DNA from: Parasphingorhabdus sp. DH2-15
GTDB taxonomy: Bacteria > Pseudomonadota > Alphaproteobacteria > Sphingomonadales > Sphingomonadaceae
Direction of reading: 5' to 3'
DNA: 32,000 bases
NCBI RefSeq assembly: GCF_051668705.1
Contig: NZ_CP196351.1
Span: 10,809-42,808, forward strand
Below are positions 1 to 9,419 of this stretch, piece by piece (the first letter of the stretch is position 1; the number at the start of each line of letters is the position of its first letter). A program made the position numbers and the translations under genes. The notes below the pieces were generated by a model. That model ran no database searches. It saw only the letters and a list, made by a program, of their open reading frames with translations, and had not been told where the DNA came from.

Positions 1-1625
1 ACAGGAAAGGAAACACGGCCCCGTTTAAAGAAATGGCTAACTGCAAGATTATGTCTTGAGTTCACGTTTTGTTCTAGTTGGTCAGACTGGAAGTCGCTCG
101 TCGCCCAGATTGTCTCAACGCGGTAAAAGCTGTTTCCACTGCGGCCCAGTGCCTGACCACGCAAAGCACCCCCACCATTGCCATTTGCAGCAAGTGAGAA
201 GTCAAATAACGTGTTGCCAAAGGCACGCCTAGCGCCCAGTTCAGCGATGTTGAACCGCTCACCATCGACATTCAGACTATGAATAGCGCCGGTGAGCGTT
301 GTCCGCTTATCCAGGCCATGTTCCAAACCAACACTCGCGCGCAAGCCCTGTGTGCGCAAGACCGTCTCTTGCGCGCCTATGGTGATCAAATCTCGGCCTG
401 ACTCCGCAAAACCGGCCCAATAATATGTTTTGCCAGGTGGCAAGGCGTCAGCTCCGACGCGTTGACTCCGTCTTTCTCTGCGGATTTGCCCCTGCGGCCC
501 ATATAGCACAACCTCAAAATCATTACGGCCAAACAGCAAAGGCACATCAACAAATTCATAACGGCCGTCGTCACGGTTTTCCGCAAAAGCGATCAGTTGA
601 TCATTGCGATACAGTTCAGCATCCCAACCAACCGGCAATGACCCGCGAAAACTGGTGCGGTCAAAGCTATTGCCCCGGTTAAGCGGTCTGTTGGTAATAA
701 AGGCACCGCGTCCAATGACAGATTGCGCAACCAGTGGCGTGGAGAAAGTGGAAATATCGCCTGCTGCAACCTGTGTCGCGCCGGCAGGCCCCAATAACTC
801 GCCATTAGGGTCTGATCTAAAGGCACGAACGCGCAGACTTTCAGGAACACCTTGGTTATTCGATGCCAGCCGTGCATCAACCGATGCTTTGCCAATCTCT
901 CCTGATGCAAAAAACTCATAGCGCACATCAACATCTGACCGGTTGGTCGTGGAATCACGCAAGCCGCCCACAGAAACAACCGCATCAACAGACGGCGTTT
1001 GCCAGAATTTATAAGGCTGCTCCGCCTGTGGCATGTCAGCAAGGTCGAAAATCTTTTGCGGGCGTATCTTGGCCGCTTTTTCCTTACGCTCTGCTGCCCG
1101 TTGAAACGGCAATTTGCGGTCTGACGTTAAGAGCAACAACGCGTTGGAAAGATCGGGCGTTAATTCGAGACCCAGCCATTTGGCCAAGGCTTTTGTATCA
1201 ATACACCAGCCTTCCGGCGCATCATAAATATCACCTGGTTTCAGTTGATATTTATTGTTCATGGTTTGTACCATGCCTTGGTCACGATCAACAACCAGTG
1301 TCTCATTCTCAGCGAATATCCAGCCAGTTGCGCGGCGCGACTTCTTATCAAGTCGGACCGGGAGATTGAGCGACATGATGATATCAGCAAAATCAACGCA
1401 TATGCCGTTTGGTGTCTGGTATCCACGCACACCATCGCCCAGGCTGAACCGCCCAGAGCGTATATCAAGCAACAAAAAGTCGTCATCACTGGGCTGCCAA
1501 TTGGCTGCACTTGGCGCTGATTGTGCATAGGCCATGCCCTGTCCCATAGACAGCGGGGCGATCAGCATTGCTGCTGCCGCCATGACGCCAAAAGCGCCGC
1601 GCTGGAAGATGGGTTTTAGGTACAT
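1..1625 (-). CDS. Outer-membrane usher-like protein of the DUF4402 pilus locus (N-terminal 541 codons; the 3' end lies beyond the window edge)
   Basis: Manual translation of the minus strand from the ATG at 1625 gives an uninterrupted frame to position 1. It is absent from the ORF track because no stop codon falls inside the window. The N-terminus MYLKPIFQRGAFGVMAAAAMLIAPLSMGQGMAYAQ looks like a signal peptide. The segment ...YEFVDVPLLFGRNDFEVVLYGPQGQIRRE... resembles fimbrial usher motifs. The start lies 28 nt downstream of the chaperone gene on the same strand. Confidence 0.6.
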   Translation of the reverse strand, partial: MYLKPIFQRGAFGVMAAAAMLIAPLSMGQGMAYAQSAPSAANWQPSDDDFLLLDIRSGRFSLGDGVRGYQTPNGICVDFADIIMSLNLPVRLDKKSRRATGWIFAENETLVVDRDQGMVQTMNNKYQLKPGDIYDAPEGWCIDTKALAKWLGLELTPDLSNALLLLTSDRKLPFQRAAERKEKAAKIRPQKIFDLADMPQAEQPYKFWQTPSVDAVVSVGGLRDSTTNRSDVDVRYEFFASGEIGKASVDARLASNNQGVPESLRVRAFRSDPNGELLGPAGATQVAAGDISTFSTPLVAQSVIGRGAFITNRPLNRGNSFDRTSFRGSLPVGWDAELYRNDQLIAFAENRDDGRYEFVDVPLLFGRNDFEVVLYGPQGQIRRERRSQRVGADALPPGKTYYWAGFAESGRDLITIGAQETVLRTQGLRASVGLEHGLDKRTTLTGAIHSLNVDGERFNIAELGARRAFGNTLFDFSLAANGNGGGALRGQALGRSGNSFYRVETIWATSDFQSDQLEQNVNSRHNLAVSHFFKRGRVSFP

Positions 1626-1653
1626 GCTTTATCTAATGCATTGATTTATGGTG

Positions 1654-2499
1654 TTATTGTAACGCAGTGTCGATTTTGGAGATCAAACCGCCGCCAGCAT
1701 TTGGTGCCTCGTAAAAAGCAATAGTCACAGGTGCTGAGCGCAATGCTTCTGCCAGCTCATCAGGAATGCTCAGACGTACAGTACGGTTTTCCAATTCAGG
1801 ATAGATGGCAATACCGCGCGCAACCATCAGGGGTTCGGAATCGCCCTGTCTGGTAACCCGTACTTCGCCATAAACAGAGCCTTGACCAGCGCGTGACATA
1901 TCAAAAGCCAGAGCATGGCCGCCCTGTTCACGCTTTTCCAGTCGCCCATTGGCAATGCTGGCTGTCGCTTCCAAGCGGCCGCGGCGAATGATGATAGGGA
2001 TAGTAACACCATAAATTGGCGTCAGTGCGATCGAAAGACCTTCAACCTGTGTGTTGATCTTTTCGGTAATCGCTTCGGCTTTGGGTATAGCACGGAACAG
2101 CATATGCGCACGATATTCGCCATCGGCCAATCCAGCGGGAGCACGAACACCAATTCGGATGGCTTGCGGCTGATTAGGCGGCAATGTTACCCGGCGCGGT
2201 GCATAGCGTATCATTTGCAATGCCGCTTTTTCGAGCTGATTGACCTCTTCTTCAGAAACCTCCGCCAATGCCCCATCAGGGGTCATGCGACGCAGTTCCA
2301 GGCTGATGCGATATGTCGCCTCTTCTGCACCAACATTGTTCAATATCACCTCGGTGCCGCGCTTTCCATCAAGCACTATACGGGTTGGTGCGACCAACAG
2401 ATCCCCTCTGCCTTGTGCCATTGCCGGAACTGTGGCCTGCATGACTGCAGCGCCAGCAAGAAAAGCAGCGAATAGTAATTTGCCTACCGAACGGATCAT
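1654..2499 (-). CDS. Periplasmic PapD-like fimbrial chaperone
   Basis: ORF 1654..2544. The preferred start is the ATG at 2499 (MIRSVGKLLFAAFLAGAAVMQATVPAMAQG, signal-peptide-like). The mature N-terminus LLVAPTRIVLDGKRGTEVILNNVG fits the PapD_N pattern (PxR.i....g....l.l.N.g). It sits between the pilin-like gene and the usher-like gene. Confidence 0.7.
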   Translation of the reverse strand: MIRSVGKLLFAAFLAGAAVMQATVPAMAQGRGDLLVAPTRIVLDGKRGTEVILNNVGAEEATYRISLELRRMTPDGALAEVSEEEVNQLEKAALQMIRYAPRRVTLPPNQPQAIRIGVRAPAGLADGEYRAHMLFRAIPKAEAITEKINTQVEGLSIALTPIYGVTIPIIIRRGRLEATASIANGRLEKREQGGHALAFDMSRAGQGSVYGEVRVTRQGDSEPLMVARGIAIYPELENRTVRLSIPDELAEALRSAPVTIAFYEAPNAGGGLISKIDTALQ

Positions 2500-2710
2500 C
2501 CCAAAAACTCCAAATTGTCTTTCCAATGCGGCCTGAAAATACATTCTCTCGGCCGACTAGTTGGGTACCGGTATCGACAAATATGGTTTATAAATTGCTA
2601 ACCAGCGCCGCAAAATGGCATATAAAAAGGGGTGCAGAGCAAAACTGCCCTACACCCCTTATTGCTTATGATCGGCCCCTGCGAGAAAGCCGATCATTCA
2701 GCCTATAAAA

Positions 2711-3205
2711 TCAGTTATAGTCAACAGTTACGTCGAACTGACCTGAATAGTCACCAGAAGCCTGGTTATCAGCTACGGTCAATACACCGCCAACTGTGAA
2801 AGACGCAGCGCCTGTGCCGTCCAAAGTCAAAGAAGTGTCTGAACCTGTCAATGAAGCTGTCATGGAGTTAGCACCGTCTTGCAAAGTGACAGAACCATCT
2901 ACGGTGACAGAAACTGTTTCGCCGCCGGTTCCACTTACGCTGAAGCTTGCAGCACTGTTTGTGCCGGTACAGGTCAGGTTAGCACCGCAGTTAAATGTGC
3001 CATCTGCAGCGATAGATACGTCATCACCGGTTGCGCCAACTACGATCGTGCCAAATGCAAGGTCATCACCAGCAGTTACAACAACTTCTTCCAAAATGGT
3101 TGCAGTTGCGTCTGCGGTTGCTGATTGCGCATATGCACCGGTAGAAGAAAGTGCTGCTACAACAGCTACTGAACCGGCGAGTACGGATTTGAATGTCTTG
3201 GTCAT
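2711..3205 (-). CDS. DUF4402-family secreted pilin-like subunit
   Basis: 164 aa with a signal peptide (…SSTGAYA/QS). The protein is rich in Thr, Ser, Gly, Asp and Val and probably all-beta. It ends ...GDYSGQFDVTVDYN, which is typical of DUF4402 proteins. An AAGGA ribosome-binding site lies about 10 nt upstream of the ATG. Confidence 0.7.
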   Translation of the reverse strand: MTKTFKSVLAGSVAVVAALSSTGAYAQSATADATATILEEVVVTAGDDLAFGTIVVGATGDDVSIAADGTFNCGANLTCTGTNSAASFSVSGTGGETVSVTVDGSVTLQDGANSMTASLTGSDTSLTLDGTGAASFTVGGVLTVADNQASGDYSGQFDVTVDYN

Positions 3206-3227
3206 AAAGTCTGGTCCTTAATTATTC

Positions 3228-3266
3228 TGCGGAAAGCGTTCTGTTTTGCCCGGTAAGCTTTCCGCA
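3228..3266 (-). promoter_or_regulatory. Perfect 10-bp stem hairpin immediately upstream of the RBS of the DUF4402 gene
   Basis: tgcggaaagc (3228-3237) and gctttccgca (3257-3266) are exact reverse complements separated by a 19-nt loop. The function (5' UTR element or weak terminator after parB) is not determined. Confidence 0.35.
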
Positions 3267-3572
3267 AAGCCATCCGGTTTGAATGACAGTTCCCACGTCA
3301 TCCAGAACCCGCTTATGCAGCGCATCTGTTCATGCTTTACTGATGTTTGTGGTTAATGCAGATTAACGATTATACCGCTCACCCATAAGCAAGGGAACAG
3401 CAAAAAGCATATTACACCATTGTATATAAAGGGTTTTTCTGCTTGCGTGGATTGATACATTTCGCATTCAAAACGTTGAGCAAGGGCTTTTTATGCTTAA
3501 TATCCGCATAAAATACATTGTTTTACAAATTAAGATTGCGAAAAGTTAACTCGCAAATCTGTCTTTTGCCTC

Positions 3573-4637
3573 TTATAGAGGCTCACCAGAAAGCCGCTGA
3601 CAGAGTAGATCTAATTGATCCAGACTTGAATATCGCACCGTCAAATCGCCGGTAGACGGGTTTTTTCCCGGGCTAATCGTCACATTCATTCCCAAAAGAT
3701 CAGACAAATGCCGTTCAACAGCCGCAATATCAGAATCATCAGCCTTCGCTGCAGGGCGCTCATCCGTCTTATGTGATCCAGCATCCGTCTTTTTGCGCAC
3801 CAGTTTTTCAATCTGGCGAACCGACAAATTGTCATTCACGGCCTTTTGTGCAATTTCCCGAGCATCTTCAGCATTAATAAGCGCGCGCGCATGGCCCATG
3901 GACAATTGCCCGGCATCGACCATAGCCAACACCGAATCAGGCAAATTCAATAAACGAATCATATTCGCGACATGGCTGCGTGATTTATCGACCATTTGTG
4001 CCAACTCATTATGGCTCAAATTATCCTGCTCCATAAGGTTGCGATAAGCACGCGCCTCTTCAATCGGAGTCAGGTCTTCGCGCTGAATATTTTCAATCAG
4101 CGCCAAAGTCAGTGTGTCACGCTCATCAAGTTCACGCACCAATGCCGGTATTTCATGCAATCGCGCCCGTTGCGCAGCGCGCCAGCGACGTTCACCTGCA
4201 ACCAATTGATAGTGACCCGCCTTGCCAGGCGCAGGGCGAACAATAACCGGCTGTATAACACCGCGTTGCGATATGCTCGCAGCCAGCTCGTCCAGAGCGC
4301 TATCATTAAAAAAGCGCCGAGGCTGATCCGGATGCGGGGTTATTCGCGCTATAGACAGCATTTCCACCAAATTATCGCGGCCATTATCTGCATCAACATT
4401 CATGGATATTGTGTCACTGCCCTGTGCGCCATTAGATAGCGGGATGGCACGCGCGCCAGAAGCTATATCACTTTGCTGTGATACTGGACGTTCAGTGCGC
4501 ACCTCACCCAACAAAGCATTGAGCCCACGCCCTAGGCCCGAAGCCTTTTTCTTAGGTGCTTTTTTGTTGCCATTCGTGGCCTTTGGTTTTTTCTGGTCTG
4601 AATCAGAGGTCATCATCACATCTTTGCTGTTGCTCAT
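3573..4637 (-). CDS. parB: Chromosome partitioning protein ParB
   Basis: ParB/Spo0J motifs are present (GLGRGLNALLG, IQPVIVRP...YQLVAGERRWRAA, HTH region LSHNELAQMVDKSRSHVANMIRLL). The preferred start is the ATG at 4637, which forms an ATGA overlap with the parA stop codon. The longer ORF start at 4712 would overlap parA. Confidence 0.93.
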   Translation of the reverse strand: MSNSKDVMMTSDSDQKKPKATNGNKKAPKKKASGLGRGLNALLGEVRTERPVSQQSDIASGARAIPLSNGAQGSDTISMNVDADNGRDNLVEMLSIARITPHPDQPRRFFNDSALDELAASISQRGVIQPVIVRPAPGKAGHYQLVAGERRWRAAQRARLHEIPALVRELDERDTLTLALIENIQREDLTPIEEARAYRNLMEQDNLSHNELAQMVDKSRSHVANMIRLLNLPDSVLAMVDAGQLSMGHARALINAEDAREIAQKAVNDNLSVRQIEKLVRKKTDAGSHKTDERPAAKADDSDIAAVERHLSDLLGMNVTISPGKNPSTGDLTVRYSSLDQLDLLCQRLSGEPL

Positions 4638-5410
4638 GCGGCTACTTTCTTTTCTGGCAAACGGGCAGCCAATTCCTTGGCAAGCGCAATATAGGCGGAC
4701 GATCCGGCGCAACGATAATCATAAACCAATGCTGGCAAGCCATGGCTGGGCGCCTCTGAAAGGCGAACATTGCGCGGTATAACCGCCTCGAAGACAAGAT
4801 TGCCCAACACTTCGCGGACATCATCGGTTACTTGGTCGGTCAAACGGTTGCGTTTATCATGCATGGTTAGCACCACGCCCAATATAGACAGATCGGGGTT
4901 GAATACATTCTGCACCCGTTCAACCGTCTGCAAAAGTTGGCTAAGCCCTTCCAAGGCAAAAAATTCGCATTGCAAAGGCACCAAAAGCGAATCCGCTGCC
5001 ACCAAAGCGTTGAGCGTCAGCAACCCCAATGATGGTGGGCAGTCAATTAAGCAGATATCCCATTCGCTGCGATTATCCAGTGCCGCCTTCAAACGATGCG
5101 TACGCTCCTCAAGATCAACCATCTCAACTTCAGCGCCGGAGAGATCAACAGTAGCCGGCACTATGGAAAGGCCCGGTATCGCGGTGTCCTGAACACAATC
5201 ATCTAATGAAGCGGCACCTGTCAAAACATCATAGCTGCTATATTCGCGGTCCTGACTATGCACGCCCAGACCTGTAGACGCATTGCCTTGTGGATCGAGA
5301 TCAACCAGCAATGTCTTCCATCCCGTTGCAGCAAGCGCCGTAGACACATTTATGGCAGTAGTAGTTTTGCCCACCCCACCTTTTTGATTGGCTACAGCGA
5401 TTGTGATCAT
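4634..5410 (-). CDS. parA: Chromosome partitioning ATPase ParA (Soj)
   Basis: Deviant Walker A motif IAVANQKGGVGKTTTAINV, and full-length similarity to the ParA/Soj family. Confidence 0.95.
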   Translation of the reverse strand: MITIAVANQKGGVGKTTTAINVSTALAATGWKTLLVDLDPQGNASTGLGVHSQDREYSSYDVLTGAASLDDCVQDTAIPGLSIVPATVDLSGAEVEMVDLEERTHRLKAALDNRSEWDICLIDCPPSLGLLTLNALVAADSLLVPLQCEFFALEGLSQLLQTVERVQNVFNPDLSILGVVLTMHDKRNRLTDQVTDDVREVLGNLVFEAVIPRNVRLSEAPSHGLPALVYDYRCAGSSAYIALAKELAARLPEKKVAA

Positions 5411-5463
5411 AGATGCTCCTTCGCGCCATTTTGGCTGTGCGATTCATTAAAGCGCCTATTTGA

Positions 5464-6129
5464 TCAGGAAAATCGAGGATATCCCTCAAATTTGGGCGGA
5501 CGGCCCACTCCAACCAATATTTTGGCGTCCTTACTGGTCACACTGTGTTCCACGTGAAACATATTTTGGCAGTGTTTTGGCAAATTAGCCAGTTCATTAA
5601 CTGCATTTTTACCCTTTGGGAGGAGCCATTTGGTGCGATCTGTGGAAAATCGTTGGGATAAGTTCAGCAATTTGGGCAATGGCGCAAATGCGCGCGCTGT
5701 AATCACGTCGAATGATTCTGTTTCTACACGCTCGAGTCGACACCCTTTAATGGTCACGCGGTCATGAAGTTGCAGCCTATCAACGGCATGCTGCAAAAAT
5801 TCAACGCGCCTGTTTCGCGATTCAACAAGCGTGATTTTGCAATCAACACAAGCGGCAATAACCAGTCCGGGAAGACCTGGGCCAGAACCAAGATCCAACC
5901 AATGTCCACCCTTTTGTTGCCCTGCCAATATTATCAGTTGCGCGCTATCAATAATATGCCGCGCCCAAATTGTATCATAGGTCGATGCCGAGATTAGATT
6001 TTGTTCCTGCGCGGCTACACGCAACAACGCGACATATTGCTCCAGACGATCCTCTGTTTCACGTGAAACACCCAATATATCGCGAAGCCATGCTTTAGCT
6101 GCACCATCATCATTAATATATAGCGTCAT
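5464..6129 (-). CDS. rsmG: 16S rRNA (guanine527-N7)-methyltransferase RsmG (GidB)
   Basis: The SAM-binding motif LDLGSGPGLPGLV is present. The gene holds the conserved position between mnmG and parA. Its start overlaps the mnmG stop by 1 nt (TGATG). Confidence 0.93.
   Translation of the reverse strand: MTLYINDDGAAKAWLRDILGVSRETEDRLEQYVALLRVAAQEQNLISASTYDTIWARHIIDSAQLIILAGQQKGGHWLDLGSGPGLPGLVIAACVDCKITLVESRNRRVEFLQHAVDRLQLHDRVTIKGCRLERVETESFDVITARAFAPLPKLLNLSQRFSTDRTKWLLPKGKNAVNELANLPKHCQNMFHVEHSVTSKDAKILVGVGRPPKFEGYPRFS
5546..5561. promoter_or_regulatory. parS-like site (one mismatch to consensus)
   Basis: TGTTCCACGTGAAACA versus the consensus TGTTTCACGTGAAACA. It lies inside the 3' part of rsmG, where it encodes ..MFHVEH.. 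on the minus strand. Confidence 0.7.
6055..6070. promoter_or_regulatory. parS site (perfect 16-bp palindrome)
   Basis: TGTTTCACGTGAAACA. It lies inside the 5' part of rsmG, where it encodes ..VSRET... Confidence 0.85.
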
Positions 6130-7994
6130 CAGGCAGCGCTTTGCTGACTTGATACATGTCGGCGAGAATGCACCAATATTGCTGTTAGTGCCGCTGGTGT
6201 TATCCCTCGCATCCGTCCTGCTTCTGCCAATGTCGCAGGACGTGCCTTTTCAAGTCGCTCGATCATTTCATTCGATAGGCCTGCAATATTTGCATAGATT
6301 AACGAGCTAGGGATATTGATATGCTCGTTCCGGCGAATATCCCTCAGCTCTGCTTCTTGGCGCCGCAGATAGGGTGCATAGCGCGCATCTTCGGTGATTT
6401 CATCTGCCAGATCGCTACCGCATTGTAGCCTGTCATCAAGCTTTGCAAGATCATTCAGGTGTACATTGGGGAAACGCAGCCAATCAAACATAGTTTGATG
6501 TTCAGCATCGCGCTTGACATCCAAGCCAATAGAAATCAATTTTTCAGGACCAACTTTGTCATCAAGCACACCCATTATGCTGCTTTTCCGTTCAGATCGC
6601 GTGCTATGAAATTGCTTGCGCTCTTCTCCCACACAGCCGCTATCAATCGCGATGGTGGTCAACCGATCATGTGCATTATTGGCGCGTAGCCGCAGCCGAT
6701 ATTCAGCCCGTGACGTCAGCATTCGGTAAGGCTCTGTCACTCCATGCAGGACAAGATCATCAATCATAACCGCCATATAGCTGTTGGAGCGGTCCAGTTT
6801 TGGCATATCTTTGCCCAAGATACTGCACGCTGCCGCCATGCCAGCGATCAAACCTTGCGCAGCGGCCTCTTCATATCCGGTCGTGCCGTTAATCTGACCG
6901 GCACAATATAGTCCCGGCATATCGCGTATCTGTAATCCACGATCCAAAATGCGCGGGTCAATATGGTCATATTCCACCGCATAGCCCGGGACGATGATAT
7001 TCGCCTTTTCTAGGCCAGCCATAGAATGAATCATAGCTTGCTGAATATCTGTAGGGAGCGATGTGCTGATGCCATTTGGGTAGATCAAGTGACTGTCTAA
7101 CCCCTCAGGCTCAAGAAAAACCTGATGCCCATCTCTGTCTCCGAAGCGAAATATCTTATCCTCTATGGACGGACAATAGCGCGGCCCCTCCCCTTGAATA
7201 TCACCGCCAAATAGCGGCGAACGATCAAGACCTGAGCGTATTATGTCGTGGCTCTGTGCATTGGTCCGTGTGATGGCGCAATGCAGCTGCGGGTTGATAC
7301 GGCGCGGTGTTAATGGCGACATGGTCCAATCATCATCGTCGCTAGGCTGCTGATCAAGCGCTGCCCAATCAACAGTACGCCCGTCAATCCTGGGTGGTGT
7401 CCCAGTTTTAAGGCGCGCCATGGGCAGATTGCGCGCGTAAAGCTGATCGGCCAGCTTGGTTGCGGCCCGTTCTTCTATACGGCCACCTTCAAAACGTTCT
7501 TCCCCGCGGAACAGCTTTCCACCCAGAAAAGTGCCCGTGGCCAAGATAACAGCTTTAGCTCTGACGACACTGCCATCGCCCAGCACTATACCGTTCAACC
7601 TGTCTCCCTCAAAATAAAGTTCAGCTGCTTCACCTTCGACAATCGTTAAATTGTCTTGCGCGCTCAACATATGTTGAATGGCATTTTTATAAAGTCGACG
7701 ATCTGCCTGTATGCGCGGGCCTTGCACCGCGCTACCCTTACTCCGATTGAGCAAACGGTAATGAATGGCAGCAGCATCAGCAGCACGGCCAATCAGTCCG
7801 TCAAAGGCATCAACCTCACGAACCAAATGCCCTTTGCCCAGTCCACCAATGGCGGGGTTGCATGACATGGCCCCAATGGTATTGCGATCAAAACTGACCA
7901 GAGCAGTGCGCACTCCCATGCGTGCCGCAACGGCGGCAGCTTCCGTGCCGGAATGTCCTCCACCTATAACAATTATGTCAAATTGATCACTCAT
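6129..7994 (-). CDS. mnmG: tRNA uridine 5-carboxymethylaminomethyl modification enzyme MnmG (GidA)
   Basis: FAD-binding N-terminus [20 protein letters not shown], and full-length GidA-like sequence. The preferred start is the ATG at 7994; the ORF track start at 8024 adds 10 residues. Confidence 0.95.
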   Translation of the reverse strand: MSDQFDIIVIGGGHSGTEAAAVAARMGVRTALVSFDRNTIGAMSCNPAIGGLGKGHLVREVDAFDGLIGRAADAAAIHYRLLNRSKGSAVQGPRIQADRRLYKNAIQHMLSAQDNLTIVEGEAAELYFEGDRLNGIVLGDGSVVRAKAVILATGTFLGGKLFRGEERFEGGRIEERAATKLADQLYARNLPMARLKTGTPPRIDGRTVDWAALDQQPSDDDDWTMSPLTPRRINPQLHCAITRTNAQSHDIIRSGLDRSPLFGGDIQGEGPRYCPSIEDKIFRFGDRDGHQVFLEPEGLDSHLIYPNGISTSLPTDIQQAMIHSMAGLEKANIIVPGYAVEYDHIDPRILDRGLQIRDMPGLYCAGQINGTTGYEEAAAQGLIAGMAAACSILGKDMPKLDRSNSYMAVMIDDLVLHGVTEPYRMLTSRAEYRLRLRANNAHDRLTTIAIDSGCVGEERKQFHSTRSERKSSIMGVLDDKVGPEKLISIGLDVKRDAEHQTMFDWLRFPNVHLNDLAKLDDRLQCGSDLADEITEDARYAPYLRRQEAELRDIRRNEHINIPSSLIYANIAGLSNEMIERLEKARPATLAEAGRMRGITPAALTAILVHSRRHVSSQQSAA

Positions 7995-8059
7995 GCGCGC
8001 CATATAGGGCAGTTTATGCGCCACGCCAAGTATGTGCTATAGGTAGAAAACTGCGAAAG

Positions 8060-8075
8060 TGTTTCACGTGAAACA
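8060..8075. promoter_or_regulatory. parS site (perfect 16-bp palindrome), intergenic between mnmG and mnmE
   Basis: TGTTTCACGTGAAACA lies in the gap between the mnmE stop codon (8089) and the mnmG start. Confidence 0.85.
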
Positions 8076-8088
8076 CTGCTTACAGATA

Positions 8089-9378
8089 TTATTTGCCAAT
8101 ACAGAACTTACCAAATAGTGCATCGAGCATATCTTCGGTATGAAGTCGACCAGTTATCGCGTCCAGAGCATTACGCGCATTACGAAGCTCTTCACCAACA
8201 ACCAGCATATCCTCTGCCTGTCGTACTTCGCGTAGAGCCGATAACAATTCACTTAAACGCTCTCGCTGGCGCGCATTATAACTAGGCGCATCAGGTTGCG
8301 GCAGAAGTTTCTCTGCATAATGCAGCAGCTTTGCACGCAATATATCAATCCCCTCACCCGTTGCAGATGATAATGATATAGCCGACGGATTAATCCCACT
8401 AGCTCGCTGCAAATCGGCTTTTGCAGATATTGAAATAAGCCTTGAATGATCAGGTTGTGATGTTTCGTCACCCAACCACAAAACTATGTCTGCTGATTCA
8501 ATGGCTGCGCGGGCTTTTTCCATCCCCATGGCTTCAACTCTGTCGTCACCTGCTTCGTGCAACCCTGCCGTATCAATGAGTATAAAGGGCAGTCCGTTGA
8601 GTGATATGGGCGCCTCAATCAGATCTCTGGTTGTCCCAGCAATGTCAGTAACAATGGCTGCGTCGCGCTGTGACAAGACGTTAAACAATGTCGATTTGCC
8701 TGCATTGGGCGGACCGGCGATGATGACGCGTACACCATCACGGAGTCTCTCCGTTGGCGGTGCTTGCAAAGCAGCATCAATATCATCAGCCAGATTATCG
8801 ATAATAGAATCCAATATAATGCGCTGCTCAGGCGGAACATCATCCTCATCCGCAAAATCGAGTTCGGCCTCAACCATGGCTGATGCGCGCAGCAATTGTC
8901 CCCGCCATAGATCCACCGCACGCGACAATAGCCCTTCACTTTGCTGTAGAGCATGGCGGCGCTGTATATCCGTTTCAGCAAAGAGCAGGTCCGACAGTGC
9001 CTCCGCCTCGGCAAGGTCCATCTTGCCATTTGCAAAAGCCCGGCGGGTAAATTCGCCGGGTTCTGCGCGGCGTAATCCCTTCATGGCTGCCAATGCGCTT
9101 TCTACTGCCAGAATGACCGCTCTGCCGCCATGGCAATAAAGTTCGGCAGTGTCTTCACCGGTCGCATTGTGCGGGCCGGGCAGCCACAGGACCATGGCGC
9201 GGTCAAGCAAGTCACCTGTTTCGGGATGCCGCAAGCCACGCAATGTTGCATAGCGCGGCTCTGGCAGACTTCCTGCCAAAGATATAAGTGCTGTAGCAGC
9301 ATTGGAGCCGGATATACGGATAACGGCAATGCCCGTTGGTGGTGCGCCACTGGAAAGAGCGAAAATTGTATCGGTCAT
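8089..9378 (-). CDS. mnmE: tRNA modification GTPase MnmE (TrmE)
   Basis: N-terminus MTDTIFALSSG, G1 motif GPPNAGKST, DTAG motif, and the C-terminal FCIGK signature. The preferred start is the ATG at 9378. Confidence 0.95.
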   Translation of the reverse strand: MTDTIFALSSGAPPTGIAVIRISGSNAATALISLAGSLPEPRYATLRGLRHPETGDLLDRAMVLWLPGPHNATGEDTAELYCHGGRAVILAVESALAAMKGLRRAEPGEFTRRAFANGKMDLAEAEALSDLLFAETDIQRRHALQQSEGLLSRAVDLWRGQLLRASAMVEAELDFADEDDVPPEQRIILDSIIDNLADDIDAALQAPPTERLRDGVRVIIAGPPNAGKSTLFNVLSQRDAAIVTDIAGTTRDLIEAPISLNGLPFILIDTAGLHEAGDDRVEAMGMEKARAAIESADIVLWLGDETSQPDHSRLISISAKADLQRASGINPSAISLSSATGEGIDILRAKLLHYAEKLLPQPDAPSYNARQRERLSELLSALREVRQAEDMLVVGEELRNARNALDAITGRLHTEDMLDALFGKFCIGK

Positions 9379-9419
9379 AATATATTTATTGGGCAGCAAG
9401 CATGATGACGCTAATGTTC

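Noticed and set aside
74-1530. Nine short ORFs (65-168 aa) listed in the track across 74-1530 on both strands.
   Set aside because: A single uninterrupted minus-strand frame from the ATG at 1625 to the window edge explains this region far better. It has a signal peptide and lies in a chaperone-usher context. The short ORFs are off-frame or antisense artefacts.
4638-4712. N-terminal extension of ParB (ORF-track start at 4712, adding 25 aa, MRRIVRLYCACQGIGCPFARKESSR).
   Set aside because: It would overlap the parA 3' end by 79 nt with Cys-rich, non-conserved-looking sequence. The ATG at 4637 gives a classic ATGA stop/start overlap with parA and a typical ParB N-terminus.
8486-9139. 217-aa plus-strand ORF antisense to mnmE.
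   Set aside because: Its Ser/Ala/Arg-rich low-complexity translation lies wholly inside the strongly supported mnmE gene, so it is a typical antisense artefact. The same reasoning applies to 25282..25818 (antisense to the ABC permease), 1915..2475, 2796..3221 and 3996..4439.
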